Below are positions 21,739-33,226 of a DNA stretch of 64,000 bases, piece by piece. The position numbers were made by a program, and so were the translations under genes. The notes beneath the pieces were generated by a model. The model was not told where the DNA came from. It worked only from the letters and a program-made list of their open reading frames with translations, and did not search any database. This DNA comes from Andalucia godoyi And28. Taxonomy: Eukaryota; Protista; Jakobida. The stretch spans positions 3,548 through 67,547 of the forward strand of contig VRVR01000014.1 in NCBI GenBank assembly GCA_009859145.1, read 5' to 3'. Each line of letters begins with the position of its first letter. The stretch's first letter is position 1.

Positions 21739-23166
21739 ATGCAGGCGTCGTCGCTGATTGTTCAGTTTGTTGACGAGCAAGGATTGTGTTCTGGAAACCA
21801 GCTTGATATTCCGGCTGATGTGACGCTTTCGCAGCTGAATGCAATCTGCAACGATGTGCTTGGAAACGAAGAAAAGGTTCCCTATGCATTTTATGTTTCC
21901 GGCGAACCGGTTTCTGGAAAGATTGTCGATCTTCTCAGAAAGCTGAATGTGTCGTCCGTCGAACAGACCGTTTCCATCGTGTACCAGCCGCAAGCGCTGT
22001 TTCGGGTCCGGCCCATTACGCGTTCATCTGCATCGCTACCGGGGCATGCTGAGGCGATCTTGGTGGTGCAGTTTCGCCCAGATGGAAAGACATGTGCATC
22101 TGGGTCGGGGGATTTTACAGTCAGGCTGTGGGATCTGGACACCCAGACGCCGTTCAAGACGCTGGAGGGCCACACAGACTGGGTGCTGGCGCTCCAGTGG
22201 TCGCCAGATGGCTTGCTGCTTGCGTCTGCGTCGCGCGATGGCCAGGTTCGGGTGTGGAATGGTGCCACCGGCGAGCTGTTTTGTGGGGTTTTGCGAGGAC
22301 ACAAGCAGTGGGTCGGGACCCTCGCGTGGGAACCATTGCATCTGGGACAGCGAGAAGGGCGGTCAAGAAGACTCGTGTCCGGAAGCAAGGACGGGTCGCT
22401 TCGTATCTGGGACTGTGTTACATCAAGCTGCGAAAAAATATTGTCTGGACACACCCTTGCCGTTACATGTGTAAAGTGGGCGGGAGCCGAGAAGGGCACG
22501 ATTGTCAGTGCTTCACAGGACCGAACGATCAAGATGTGGGATCCGGCAACAGGGGCGGCTCTGCGGACACTGGCTGGCCATGCACACTGGGTGAACACAA
22601 TGTCGCTCTCCACAGATTTTGTGATTCGAACAGGTGCGTTTGACCACACGGGTGCATGTCCCGATAACAAGAAACAAATCCTCGAAACTGCAGAAAGGAG
22701 GTTTGGGGATGTCCTGAGAACTCACGGAGAGCGATTGGTGACAGGCAGCGATGATTTCACACTGCAGCTGTGGGATCTTGCGTCGTCTTCGAGCAAGCCT
22801 ATCTCCAGAATGACCGGACATCAAAGCTTGGTGAATCACGTCTGTTTTTCTCCGGACGGAAGAACCATTGCCAGTGCGTCCTTTGACAAGTCGGTGCGTC
22901 TCTGGGACGGCCTCTCAGGCAAGTATCTTGCAACATTTCGAGGGCATGTCGGTGCAGTCTACATGTGTGCCTTTTCTGCAGACTCTCGATTTCTGGTGTC
23001 CGTCAGCAAGGACTCTACCATGAAGTTGTGGGACGTCACGAAGCGAAAGCTTGTCGGCGATTTACCTGGCCATGCAGACGAGGTGTTTGCCGTCGACTGG
23101 TCCCCTGAGGGAACAATGGTAATGACTGGTGGAAAGGACCGTGTTGTAAAGATTTGGCGTCACTAG
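21739..23166 (+). CDS. NLE1: Notchless/Rsa4 WD40 ribosome biogenesis factor
   Basis: N-terminal NLE domain (QLDIPAD...VPYAFYV...IVYQPQALFRVRPITR), WD40 repeats, GHAHWVN and DLPGHADEVFAVDWSP. Confidence 0.95.
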   Translation: MQASSLIVQFVDEQGLCSGNQLDIPADVTLSQLNAICNDVLGNEEKVPYAFYVSGEPVSGKIVDLLRKLNVSSVEQTVSIVYQPQALFRVRPITRSSASLPGHAEAILVVQFRPDGKTCASGSGDFTVRLWDLDTQTPFKTLEGHTDWVLALQWSPDGLLLASASRDGQVRVWNGATGELFCGVLRGHKQWVGTLAWEPLHLGQREGRSRRLVSGSKDGSLRIWDCVTSSCEKILSGHTLAVTCVKWAGAEKGTIVSASQDRTIKMWDPATGAALRTLAGHAHWVNTMSLSTDFVIRTGAFDHTGACPDNKKQILETAERRFGDVLRTHGERLVTGSDDFTLQLWDLASSSSKPISRMTGHQSLVNHVCFSPDGRTIASASFDKSVRLWDGLSGKYLATFRGHVGAVYMCAFSADSRFLVSVSKDSTMKLWDVTKRKLVGDLPGHADEVFAVDWSPEGTMVMTGGKDRVVKIWRH

Positions 23167-23351
23167 AGTGTGTTTGCTTGCCTGCCCTGCTGCACCGATG
23201 AATTTTCGAAAATCCGGAAAACCCCGTGTTCTCCCCCGAGCACTGGTGATTGGTCTTTGGTTTGCATTTTGCTTGCATTTATTCTTGACTGGCAGCGCGT
23301 TTTCCGAATCGGCGCGAAACACTTTGCACAACGTGTGGCAAACATTCTGAC

Positions 23352-26300
23352 TCATCCGTCTGTTTTCAAACCCGTTTCGTCCGAAGCAGCGACCACGACT
23401 TCGACGTTTTCTGGCACAGCGGATGACTCCTGGGGGTGCTGTGGCACTTCTGCTACTGATGTCTGTGCCGCCTGTGCTGATACTTCTGGTGCAGGAGCCT
23501 GGAAGTGGGGGCCTGTCGGACCACTGGACCCGACTGTGGTGGGCCGGATGGTAGACCGCCGTCGAACCTGGGCGATGGATGAGCGACGAGCCAACGCGTC
23601 GGCTCTTCGCGGATCCACTTGGCCCGGCTGAATGATGACGGATCCACGGCGCTCTCCCATTGGTCGTCGCTCACGAACTGCAGCATGCAAACCTGCAGCA
23701 GAACTTCCGCTCTTTTCAACAAGATCATAAAACACACCTCCAGGGTTATCCAACAGATTCCATGGCGAATCAAATTCCTTGACTACACCGGAATCCATGA
23801 CAAGGATTCGGTCCGATGCAATAATGGTCTGCAGGCGATGCGCAATCGTCACCACCGTCCGATCCGAAAACACACGTCGAATGGTGTCCTGGATCAATGC
23901 ATCTGTTTCAAGATCCATCGCAGCCGTCGCCTCGTCCAAGAACAAGATCTTCGACTGATTGAGAATGGCACGTGCAAGGCAGAACAACTGTCTTTGGCCC
24001 AAGGAAAAATTGGATCCGTTTTCCGTGACCGGGGCCAACAACTTCTGCTGGAGCACCGACACCGATGGTTTCAAATGGGAAAGCTCCAATGACTTCCAAA
24101 TTTCATCGTCATGATACAGATTGAACGGATCCAAATTGGAGCGAACCGTTCCGCGGAACATGACGGGCTCCTGAGGAATGATGGCAAGAGACGACCGGAC
24201 ATCGCTGAGACTAATCTTGGACAGATCCACACCATCGACTGTCATGGTACCATTTTCGGGTTCATACAACCGGAAAATCGTCATGATGATCGACGACTTT
24301 CCAGATCCGGTTCTACCCACAACGCCAATCTTCTCTCTCGGAAGAAACTCGAACGAGACGCCTCGCAGGGCAGGGTCCATCCGTTCGTCGTATCGCATCA
24401 CCACATTCTCCATCTTGAGACTGCCCTTGTGAGGCCAAGACTTCGGCGGCTTCTGGGAGTCCTCCGTTGGATCGGACCTCTCAACATCTTCGTTGAGCGA
24501 AAATGCCTTGATACGGAACACGGAATAGACTTGCGCATCGATTTCGGAAATGCCCTTGCAGAACATGGCAAAGAAGATGAGGATCTGGAAAGAATTGGAA
24601 ATCGCCAGTCCCGCTGCTGCTGCAGTGATGTTGTTCCGCTGACCAATGCAGAGCATTGCAGTCGTGAGAACCAGTCCTGAGCCGAGAAAATCAAGGCAAA
24701 ACGCAAGCCACAGCTGCATCTGATCCATCGTGAAGAAGACGGAATTGTTGCGGTCAATCAAAGCAACAAACTTGTTCACAAACCGCTCCTCCGCATTGAA
24801 TGCACGGATGGTTGAGATTCCCGTCAGTGATTCCGACAGATGCGCAAAGATTGGCGGAGATGTTTGAGCCGCCCAGCCCTTCAGGACTCTAACTCCGCGG
24901 AGATAGAAGCTGAAAACGAACGCGAATACGATGACCACGCCACCCACGACTGCAGCAAATACCGGGAAAACGATGCTGACCAATGTCGCCGTCGTCAAGA
25001 GAATCATCAAATAGACTATCGTGATGTGCGAGGTGTCCTGCAAACTTTCGTCAATTACGTCTTGGTCTTTTGAAAAGCAGGTCAGAAGCTTTCCAAGAGG
25101 AGTTGTGCAGAAATAGTGCATCGTCGACTTCAAGGTGTTTGCAAACAACGTATTGTGCATGGCGGAAGCGGTCCGACGCATAATATAGAAGAAGAAGAAT
25201 CCTCGAATGAACAGGAATGTCATGAACAAGCCAACAAACATTGCGTACATGCCAACATAGAATGTCTGCGGCTTTGAGAACGAATCCTGAGCCCACCAGG
25301 AAATCCATGTATCGGAAATAATTCGGATCACCTGCGTCACCACAAAGATGAAAATAGACAAACCACTCCATCCGAAACCAGCTTGCTTGAACCACAGAAT
25401 AAACGGCGGAAGTCGAAGATCTGCATACTTTGGAGGCAAGATCACGGAGGGATCATACTGCTCGTCGGGAGACAGCAGTCGCTCCGATCCTTTCTTTCCA
25501 CTCTTTCCCTTCTGTTTTTCCAACACCTGGCTTTCCAGCAAAAGCCTTTGATCCTCCTCTCGCTTGCGCATCATCTCCCTCCATTTTGGCTCGTGCTTCC
25601 TGTCGTCGGCTTCCAACGCACTGGGGATGTGCTGGGCCTGGGACTTTTTGTGCTGATCTGGATCTGGTGCGTGCAAATAGTCATTGGCGAACGCAGCAAA
25701 GTGGGTCAGAATCACGTCGTCGTTGTATGCACCGGCATAAGCAATTTCTCCGCTTCGCATGACAACCACAGTATCAGCCTCGCTGAGGAGATGCAGTTTG
25801 TGGGTCACCAAAACGCAAATTGTGTCTTTTAGAAGTCCGTGAATGCAGTAATTCATGAGATGGGCAGCGGTATGCTCGTCGACAGCGGACAACGGGTTGT
25901 CCAAAATGTAAATCTGTGCACGTGCATACACTGCTCGAGCAAGAGAAATACGCTGACGCTGACCTCCAGACAAATTGATTCCTCTCTCTGCAACCATGTA
26001 CATGTCTCCAATGCCTCCTCCCCCGACAATTTCCAAGTCTCTTTCGAGTGCACAAGCATGGACAACTGTATTGTACCATTCAGGATCGTATGCGTTGCCG
26101 AACAGAATGTTGTCGCGGATGGTACCGGCTTGAACCCACGGTTGCTGAGGAACATATGCTGTCGATCCGCGGACTTCCAACCTTCCGTCGAGAACGAAGG
26201 TCTGTTGCAGCATCGTCAACACAAGGGTCGATTTTCCAGATCCGACAGGTCCAACAATCATCATTAACTCACCGGGACGCACACGCACGGTAACGCCACG

Positions 26301-27623
26301 AACAACAGGGCCACCCTTCGATGCCGCCAGCTGCTTTCCATCTTCATCAGCCTTTGGAACTTCCTTTGTATAAGCAACATCCACATCCTCGAGATCAATG
26401 ATCGGCTGAAGAGACTCGACGTTTCGTACAACGTTGAACTCGGGCATCAGCAAGAACTTCTGGATTCGACGAACAGCCGCAAGCGCTTCTGCAAAATTGC
26501 GGATTGCACGAGGCAACACGACCAATGGAAAACGCAACGTATTGAACAATGACAACGTGGTAAACGCAATGACGGCAGGCAACTTTCCTTCCACAGACGT
26601 GTAGTACGAGAAAATGACCAGCGCAATGGCTGGCGGAATCACAAACACGATTGTCAGCGAGAAGGAGCGCCACACAGCTTGTGTGCTCAACAGCTTTTCT
26701 TCGCCCACTCGAATCTCCTTCACCTTGTCCACAAACGCTCTTTCCCAGGCATAAAACTTGACCAGTTTCATGGCCATCAGAATTTCGTGCATCAGCTGAA
26801 CGCGAACATCCGTCACAGAAATGGTTTCCGAGCGAGTGCGGGATGTCAAAAACGCAAGATAGAACTGGACAGGCACAATTACTGCCATGAGCGCCCAGCC
26901 AAGCAGGGCCGCAGGGCCAATGAGCACGATGAGAAGCGACAAGATAGCCAGCGTTTCCAGCGGAGCAGACCAAATGTAGTGCAAGAACGTGCACGACTCC
27001 AGCAGACGTTGGCAATCATTGGTGGCAAGATTCATAATGTCTCCCGCAATGGCATTGGCATCGAAGATGCGAATGGACTTGTTCAAGATGGACGACAGCA
27101 GAGCAGCTCGCAAACGAACACCCATGCGGGTCGTCAGGGACGTCATTTGCTGCAGAGCCATGGACAGGACCATACAAGCCAGCCAGAAGAAGGCCGCGTA
27201 GATCCATCCATCCGTCACGCTGACATTGTTCGGATTGGTCTTGTACTCATTCACAAAGTTCACAAGGTACCTCACAAACACGTAGGCGCAGACAATAACC
27301 AGCGTTCCCCACACTAATTTGCAAAGCGCAGCCAAAAGAAAATCTGGCCAGAAGCAACGAATAAGAACCTTCAGCAGCGACGGTTCTCGGAGTTTCTTCT
27401 CCGCAGGTGCGTCGCTGTTGTCAAATGCGCAGGCAGAAAGCTCGGAGGCCCATGCGCGATCAACCTTTGCCGACGCGTTGGCAGCGGCCTCCTTGGAAGT
27501 CACGCTCAGGTCATCCTGTGCGATCTTGCCAAGATGCAGTGATCGGAGAATCGGAAACGTCCAGAAAAAAGTGAGTTTTCCCAAGATTCCCGCCTTTTCA
27601 AATGTTGGAACCGGCGCACTCAT
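23352..27623 (-). CDS. ABC transporter, subfamily C (MRP-like), short form without TMD0
   Basis: Two TMD-NBD units; Walker A GPVGSGKS and GRTGSGKS; signatures LSGGQRQR and FSLGQRQL; YAWE and TIAHRL motifs. Confidence 0.95.
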   Translation of the reverse strand: MSAPVPTFEKAGILGKLTFFWTFPILRSLHLGKIAQDDLSVTSKEAAANASAKVDRAWASELSACAFDNSDAPAEKKLREPSLLKVLIRCFWPDFLLAALCKLVWGTLVIVCAYVFVRYLVNFVNEYKTNPNNVSVTDGWIYAAFFWLACMVLSMALQQMTSLTTRMGVRLRAALLSSILNKSIRIFDANAIAGDIMNLATNDCQRLLESCTFLHYIWSAPLETLAILSLLIVLIGPAALLGWALMAVIVPVQFYLAFLTSRTRSETISVTDVRVQLMHEILMAMKLVKFYAWERAFVDKVKEIRVGEEKLLSTQAVWRSFSLTIVFVIPPAIALVIFSYYTSVEGKLPAVIAFTTLSLFNTLRFPLVVLPRAIRNFAEALAAVRRIQKFLLMPEFNVVRNVESLQPIIDLEDVDVAYTKEVPKADEDGKQLAASKGGPVVRGVTVRVRPGELMMIVGPVGSGKSTLVLTMLQQTFVLDGRLEVRGSTAYVPQQPWVQAGTIRDNILFGNAYDPEWYNTVVHACALERDLEIVGGGGIGDMYMVAERGINLSGGQRQRISLARAVYARAQIYILDNPLSAVDEHTAAHLMNYCIHGLLKDTICVLVTHKLHLLSEADTVVVMRSGEIAYAGAYNDDVILTHFAAFANDYLHAPDPDQHKKSQAQHIPSALEADDRKHEPKWREMMRKREEDQRLLLESQVLEKQKGKSGKKGSERLLSPDEQYDPSVILPPKYADLRLPPFILWFKQAGFGWSGLSIFIFVVTQVIRIISDTWISWWAQDSFSKPQTFYVGMYAMFVGLFMTFLFIRGFFFFYIMRRTASAMHNTLFANTLKSTMHYFCTTPLGKLLTCFSKDQDVIDESLQDTSHITIVYLMILLTTATLVSIVFPVFAAVVGGVVIVFAFVFSFYLRGVRVLKGWAAQTSPPIFAHLSESLTGISTIRAFNAEERFVNKFVALIDRNNSVFFTMDQMQLWLAFCLDFLGSGLVLTTAMLCIGQRNNITAAAAGLAISNSFQILIFFAMFCKGISEIDAQVYSVFRIKAFSLNEDVERSDPTEDSQKPPKSWPHKGSLKMENVVMRYDERMDPALRGVSFEFLPREKIGVVGRTGSGKSSIIMTIFRLYEPENGTMTVDGVDLSKISLSDVRSSLAIIPQEPVMFRGTVRSNLDPFNLYHDDEIWKSLELSHLKPSVSVLQQKLLAPVTENGSNFSLGQRQLFCLARAILNQSKILFLDEATAAMDLETDALIQDTIRRVFSDRTVVTIAHRLQTIIASDRILVMDSGVVKEFDSPWNLLDNPGGVFYDLVEKSGSSAAGLHAAVRERRPMGERRGSVIIQPGQVDPRRADALARRSSIAQVRRRSTIRPTTVGSSGPTGPHFQAPAPEVSAQAAQTSVAEVPQHPQESSAVPENVEVVVAASDETGLKTDG

Positions 27624-28963
27624 TCGCAGCGGCAAGAAAGAGACGGGGGGGCGATCAGCAAGAAGGAGAAAACCGTCAATTAAAAAAAGAAAAAAGAAAA
27701 AGAAAACTGCGTGTATTTAGTGCGAAAAAGAGAAAACGAAGATACTATAAGAGGAAAGGAAGCAAAGACAAAATGAAAAAAAGAAATGTGAAGAGGAAAA
27801 AGAAATGCGAAGAGGGAAAAGAAAAATGAAGAGGAGAAGGGGAAATAAAAAAATGCAACGACGGAGATCAAGAAAAGGACCCTTTGTGCGCATGAACGGC
27901 GTACAGGCTGCTGCGAGACAGGCAACCACGGTACCAGATACAGCACACCCCAGAGATCTAGGTTCAAAGCAGGCAACTTGGATTCCAAAAGCGGACCAAA
28001 TTTCCAGCTGTCAACGACACTTGAGTTCTGGTCGGATTGCGGGGATTTTTTTATTATTATTTAAACAGGGATTTTTTCCCCGGTGATGTTTGTTGTTGGT
28101 TTTTCTGTTTTGGGATTCTGTGCATATTTCGAGACACGTTGCTGTTTGTTCTCCTTGTCAGCAGAGACCAGGCAGGATTGACCAAGTCGCTGATTTCCTT
28201 TTGCGACGAATGCTGATCAAATACCAAATCTTTTCAACGAAACGAAACGAAACGCTCATCAACCCATGTCATGTCGTGTTTCTCCGGCACTCCTCTCCCG
28301 TCTGTCCTTGTCCCATGACGTACGCTCATGTATTTTTATTTTATTCATTTATTTTTATTTTATTTTTTTTTCTTTCTTTCTGTTAAAGCCTTTTGAAAAG
28401 CACGGTCGGACGGTCGAACTGCGGCTGTAGCTCGCCTCTATCCGCACGGAAACATGAAAAACTTTGAAACGTTTGCTGCTCTTTCCGAAATAGGGAAATT
28501 CTCGCGAGACCTCCGCCACTTCTGCTCGGGCAATCCCTTTTTCGGCAGGATGGTTTTCCTGCTTGAAGCTACAATTTCTCGATTTTCCGCCCGACGAGCT
28601 TCACTTTCGGCAAAAGAAAACGTAGTGGGAAAATGATGCACTCCAATGCTTCCGATTCGTTCACAATCTTAATAATTTTGTTGGGTTGTTTGTCCGTTTT
28701 TATTTTCGTCTTTCTTCTCCTTTCTTCTTTGGGCTTTTTTATTTTAATTTTATGATCATTGTATTTTTTTAATCGCGTTTTCTTCATTGTCCCCGAACCA
28801 CTTTGAAGTATATTCAAGAAAACAGACCGTGTTTCCCAACTGTTTCCGTTTTGTTGCAGCAGCAATAGTCGGTAGTCCTAGCGATAGTAGGGGAAGTGTG
28901 GTAGGTAGTATCAGTAGCAGGCGGTTGGTAGAGACAAGAACACACCAGAATAGGCTGCAGAGA

Positions 28964-29509
28964 ATGTTGCAATTGCAGTTTCAAGTCCAGTATCCCGGCC
29001 ATGAAGGCAACACGACGTTCTCGTCATCGCCATCGCCATCGTCTTCGTCTTCGTCATCCGAGCGTCGTTTTGACATGCTGCCTGTGCACAGTCAAGTGTG
29101 GATGGCCGAATATCCAGTGCAATCACCTCATTTTTCAATCTCTATTGCAGTGGGAAAGACATGGTCAACCGAGGCGCAGCCTGGCCACAGAATCCACGTG
29201 TATTGCAGAAGACAGGTGACGGGCGAAGAGGCAGTGCACTATGCTTCGCTGTCGACTGCGACGCCGGAAGCCGTGTTTTCTCCTCGGTTTGAAATGCCAC
29301 CTCCACAGTTTGCCATTCAGATTATCGCATTGGTGGTCCCCAATGACTCTGTAATCGGGAGCAACGGCAATGCCACGAGTGGACCCGCGTTCCGTGTTCC
29401 TGTTCATGATATGCACGACCGGTACTGTGCGTCGTACATGCGAAACAAGGAATGGCTGACCAAGCAGAATGTCCATCAGAAACAGCACTATGGCCGAACG
29501 GAGGCATAG
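28964..29509 (+). CDS. Hypothetical protein (~181 aa)
   Basis: Open frame with coding-like composition from ATG 28964; no family recognised. Confidence 0.5.
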   Translation: MLQLQFQVQYPGHEGNTTFSSSPSPSSSSSSSERRFDMLPVHSQVWMAEYPVQSPHFSISIAVGKTWSTEAQPGHRIHVYCRRQVTGEEAVHYASLSTATPEAVFSPRFEMPPPQFAIQIIALVVPNDSVIGSNGNATSGPAFRVPVHDMHDRYCASYMRNKEWLTKQNVHQKQHYGRTEA

Positions 29510-29983
29510 TATCCAATCCGCTCAATGTATCCTACTTTTTCTCCCTCTGCTTTTTCTGATTTTTCGGAATTGTATAGAACAAACACAGCGTGGCGAAGCG
29601 GACAAATTTTCGCCGTCAGCCTTGGCTGCCACCAATGAAATCATCGTCCCACCACCACACTGTTAGCCGCGAGCCGCAAGCGTAGATCTTGTTGTTTTAA
29701 TTATTAATAAATAAGACAAACACACATTTGGCCATCGAGTTTGAATAATCCCCCGTCCAATCTTTTGCGAGTGTTTTATTCTTCGTTTTACACGACATGC
29801 TGTTAATGCAATAGAAGAAGAAAAAACACGGCATTTTTCTGCAACATTTCCCTTTATAAGCAAATTTTCTTTCCTTTTTTCTTTTTTGTTGTCGTCGTCG
29901 TTGTTGTTGTTGTTGTTATTGCTGTTTTTCTTTCTGTCTCCTGTGCTTCCTTGCAGGTGAATGAACGAACAAACGGGGATTTT

Positions 29984-31282
29984 TCAGAAATCCGAGAGTG
30001 CATTTCCACCTACTGCATCGCGCATGATTCTTCCCATGGTCTGGACCTTTGAGGACCAGCTGGCAAGTCTCTTTGCAAGCGTAGACCACTGCTGCTGCTC
30101 AAACACTCTCTGCGTAGTCTTTCCAAACACCATTGTCTTCGCAACCTGGTTCATTCTGACCTGGACAAGTCGCGCCTCAACCGCTGCACACACAAATGCT
30201 TCCACCTTGTCCTCCGAAACAAACAGAACACGTGCGACATCGGCATAGGAAACCTTTTGCACACCCATCTGTCCTCCGAACTCTGCAAGCACAAGCCCCC
30301 TGATCTTCTTATCGGCCGCGGAAACGTCAAACTCTGCTTTTGCTCCGAATCGCGACTTCCAGTCCTCCCACTGCGCAACAGTTCCGTTCGTCAGGATCGG
30401 CAACAGCGACCGGGCAGCTTCATCCAACGAGGCTAGCACATTCTTTGAAATGGCACTCGACAGTTCGTCTGCAAACCGAATCGACTCGTTCATTTCCGTC
30501 GCAAAAATGGCGATTGCCTTTTCTGCGTCCGCAACCACCACGGGCGACACTTTTGCCAGCACGGAAGCACATCGCAACGCCTTCAGAAGCACCCTGTATC
30601 CATCGGCCAGTCGCGGACTGCCTGCATATCCCGTCGTCGCACTTCCTCCACTGCTGCTGGTGGCTGTAAAGGCAATCCCAGTCGCTGTCCCAGTCGTAGA
30701 CCCGGCGGCAGTCGGGGTACTGGTTCCAGATGAGTTGGCAGAAGACAGCGTTGATGTGGAATACGAGGAGTTTGAGAGGAACACTTGGGCAAGATTGTGG
30801 TACAGCGCGCACTTGTCTTCTGGTTTGACTCCGAGAGCATCGTCGAGGACCTTTTCGACTCTTCCGATCATTGGAATCATCGCTGCAGCGTTTGCATCTC
30901 TGACAAACGAAAGCAAGTCGCGGACAGCCGCAAGCTGCGACTCCGAGCCCGATGGCCGTGAGTTGTACCAATAGACCATCAGCTCGAGTTTTGCTCTGGT
31001 TCGCGTCGCGTGGTTCGACGACTTGATCGCAGAAAAGAGCTTTTCAGGGTTAGCCATCCGGGAAAGAAGGACCGTTCCAGCCGCTTCAATTTCTGCATCA
31101 CGCGTCGACTCGGCCTCCACAAACGACAGAAAGTGCGATGCACACGCCTCAAGTGCACGGGTCTCATACGACGCATCGTCCACCGCAGGAAGTGAAGACC
31201 GAAGTGCATGGCCGGTCCGCTCTGAAATCAGATTCACGAGCGAGTACAAATACGACTCGGAATACAAGAACACAAACGACAT
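29984..31282 (-). CDS. EIF3M: Translation initiation factor 3 subunit M (PCI domain)
   Basis: C-terminal PCI domain (KKIRGLVL...VSYADVARVL...VEAFVCAAV...RMNQ...RVFEQQQWSTL..RLASW). Confidence 0.8.
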   Translation of the reverse strand: MSFVFLYSESYLYSLVNLISERTGHALRSSLPAVDDASYETRALEACASHFLSFVEAESTRDAEIEAAGTVLLSRMANPEKLFSAIKSSNHATRTRAKLELMVYWYNSRPSGSESQLAAVRDLLSFVRDANAAAMIPMIGRVEKVLDDALGVKPEDKCALYHNLAQVFLSNSSYSTSTLSSANSSGTSTPTAAGSTTGTATGIAFTATSSSGGSATTGYAGSPRLADGYRVLLKALRCASVLAKVSPVVVADAEKAIAIFATEMNESIRFADELSSAISKNVLASLDEAARSLLPILTNGTVAQWEDWKSRFGAKAEFDVSAADKKIRGLVLAEFGGQMGVQKVSYADVARVLFVSEDKVEAFVCAAVEARLVQVRMNQVAKTMVFGKTTQRVFEQQQWSTLAKRLASWSSKVQTMGRIMRDAVGGNALSDF

Positions 31283-32074
31283 TCTCTTTTCTTAGTTTTT
31301 CCCCCTTATTATTCTGGCTATCACTGTGACTGTTTCTGTGACCAAGATCAAGAGTGAAATCAAAATTGCGATTGAGAGCGAGAGTGAGACGGGATAGAAA
31401 GAAAGAAATGGACGAGCCGTAAATGAGGAGAAAAATGGACAAAGGAAAAAGACGAGGAAAAGGAAAAAAGAGGACACAGAACAAGAAAGAAAAAGGCGAT
31501 CTTTTTTAACCCCCAATTCTCCATAAAGCGAGAAAGCTGTCTACGGTCGCCACGGTGGAAGTCGGAGAATTTCCGCAAAATTTTACCTCCGACTTTCGCC
31601 GACTTTCCCCCGACTTTTCGCCAAAACCCAAAAAGAGCGGCTCCAACTGCCACTGCGAGCTTGAATCCACCGAACTGGAACATTGATAAAAAAACCCAAA
31701 ACAGAAAGAAACGACAAATGCACCGCTCGTGATTTCCTCTCCATATTCTTTCTCTTTCTCTTTCTCTTTCTCTTGCTTTTGCTTTTGCTTTTGCTTTTTC
31801 GTCGGTTTTTTTTCCCCTCCCCCGTATAAAAGATCCTACGAAAAAAGAAGAAGAAAAAAGGGGGAAAAGAAAGGAGGGGAAATTTGTATTTTAAAAACAC
31901 CCACATCTGTTTCACAAGGTTTTCACACGCGTGTTTTTGCTTTGTCCCTTTTTTTTTTTTTTTGATTCTCACTCTGCTTCTCTTATTTTTTTTGTGCTTG
32001 GACGCTGGAAAGTGACTTACTATCCGTGGAGGGCAATCAAAGAATAATCTTTATCATCATCATCAAGAACGACA

Positions 32075-32908
32075 ATGAAGACGAGAAAAACCCCGGTGAA
32101 GCAGCAACAACAGCAAAAGGTTAGTCTTCAATTCCGGTCTCGAAAGCCTTCTCTTCACAGTCCTTCCAATCTTGTTCTCAAGAATTCCGTGACTTTATTG
32201 AGCTCCGCCATTCCCTCTTCCTCTTCCTCTTCCTCTTCCTCTTCCTCTTCGTCCAGTTCCTCATCTCATGATTCAGCTGCTGCCGGTACTGCTGCATCGT
32301 CAAGTTCTGTTGCATCGCAACCTGCGTGTGCATATTCTGCTGCTGCTTCTCGACCCGTGTTTTTCAGATATGCATCCCCTCGCGCGGCCAAGTCAGCTGC
32401 ATTGTCGCAACTTCATCTCATGGCGCATCCACATTCGACGGCCACGATGCAGCACTTTCAGTCCATTTCCCATTCCGCAGATAACCATGAAAATATATTC
32501 CCTCTGAGTTCCTCGTCTGTTGGACCATCTGCTGCTTCTTCCTCGACTGATTCTCAGGGTTCAGAGATCGTCGTGCTCAGCGACGTCGAATACGCGAATC
32601 AGTCTCGGATTGCATACTGTGAAGTCTACTCGTCTGTGACGGAATCGCCGGCGTTGCAGTATACATCGTCGAAGAATGTTCTCTCGGACCGAAAGTCGCT
32701 GTTGATGCACTTGAATAACACTGCACCGAACCCGTCGTTTGTGTCCCCGACGACGGCTGGAGCATTCAAATCCGATGTCGCTGGCGTGGGATCCATGACA
32801 CGAGCAATCAACACTCGGCGATTGGGGGATGCTGTCCAAACAGTTCCGTCGCCTATCAGTTCACCTCGACGAGAACCTGCAAGAAAAAAGAGACGAATGT
32901 GCAACTGA
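32075..32908 (+). CDS. Hypothetical Ser-rich protein
   Basis: 277-aa ORF after an AT-rich leader; ends in the basic cluster RKKRR; no family recognised. Confidence 0.6.
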   Translation: MKTRKTPVKQQQQQKVSLQFRSRKPSLHSPSNLVLKNSVTLLSSAIPSSSSSSSSSSSSSSSSSHDSAAAGTAASSSSVASQPACAYSAAASRPVFFRYASPRAAKSAALSQLHLMAHPHSTATMQHFQSISHSADNHENIFPLSSSSVGPSAASSSTDSQGSEIVVLSDVEYANQSRIAYCEVYSSVTESPALQYTSSKNVLSDRKSLLMHLNNTAPNPSFVSPTTAGAFKSDVAGVGSMTRAINTRRLGDAVQTVPSPISSPRREPARKKRRMCN

Positions 32909-33226
32909 GGGTGTGGATGCGTGAGCGTGACTGTGAATATGTGTTCATGTTGTTGGTTATCGACAAGGCAAAAAGAAGTGGAGGGAGCAATATTGGTTCT
33001 TTCACCCGTTCGCGTGTTTTGATTACTCTTCTTGTCTGTTGTTATCGCGGTCCGTATTCTGGAATTATTTTGGCTTTTCATGGTTCTCTTTTTGGAATTG
33101 TATTGTAAATTTGCGTTGGAAAATGAACAGGAGAGGAACGGATATTGAACAGCGTGCATGGGAAGCATTCTTGTATGTGAAGCAAGGTAAATAGATGGGT
33201 TATCAGCGGGGGAAAAACAAGTCTCA

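Noticed and set aside
23453-27317. Many 60-270 aa ORFs antisense or out of frame within long genes (throughout the window)
   Set aside because: Shadow ORFs of GC-balanced coding sequence with no motifs.
27940-28030. Minus-strand TTTGAACCTAGATC (TPP-riboswitch-like) and TCAAGTGTCGT (U2-like)
   Set aside because: No CTGAGA or P5 for TPP, and no U2 5' end or GTAGTA; short chance matches.
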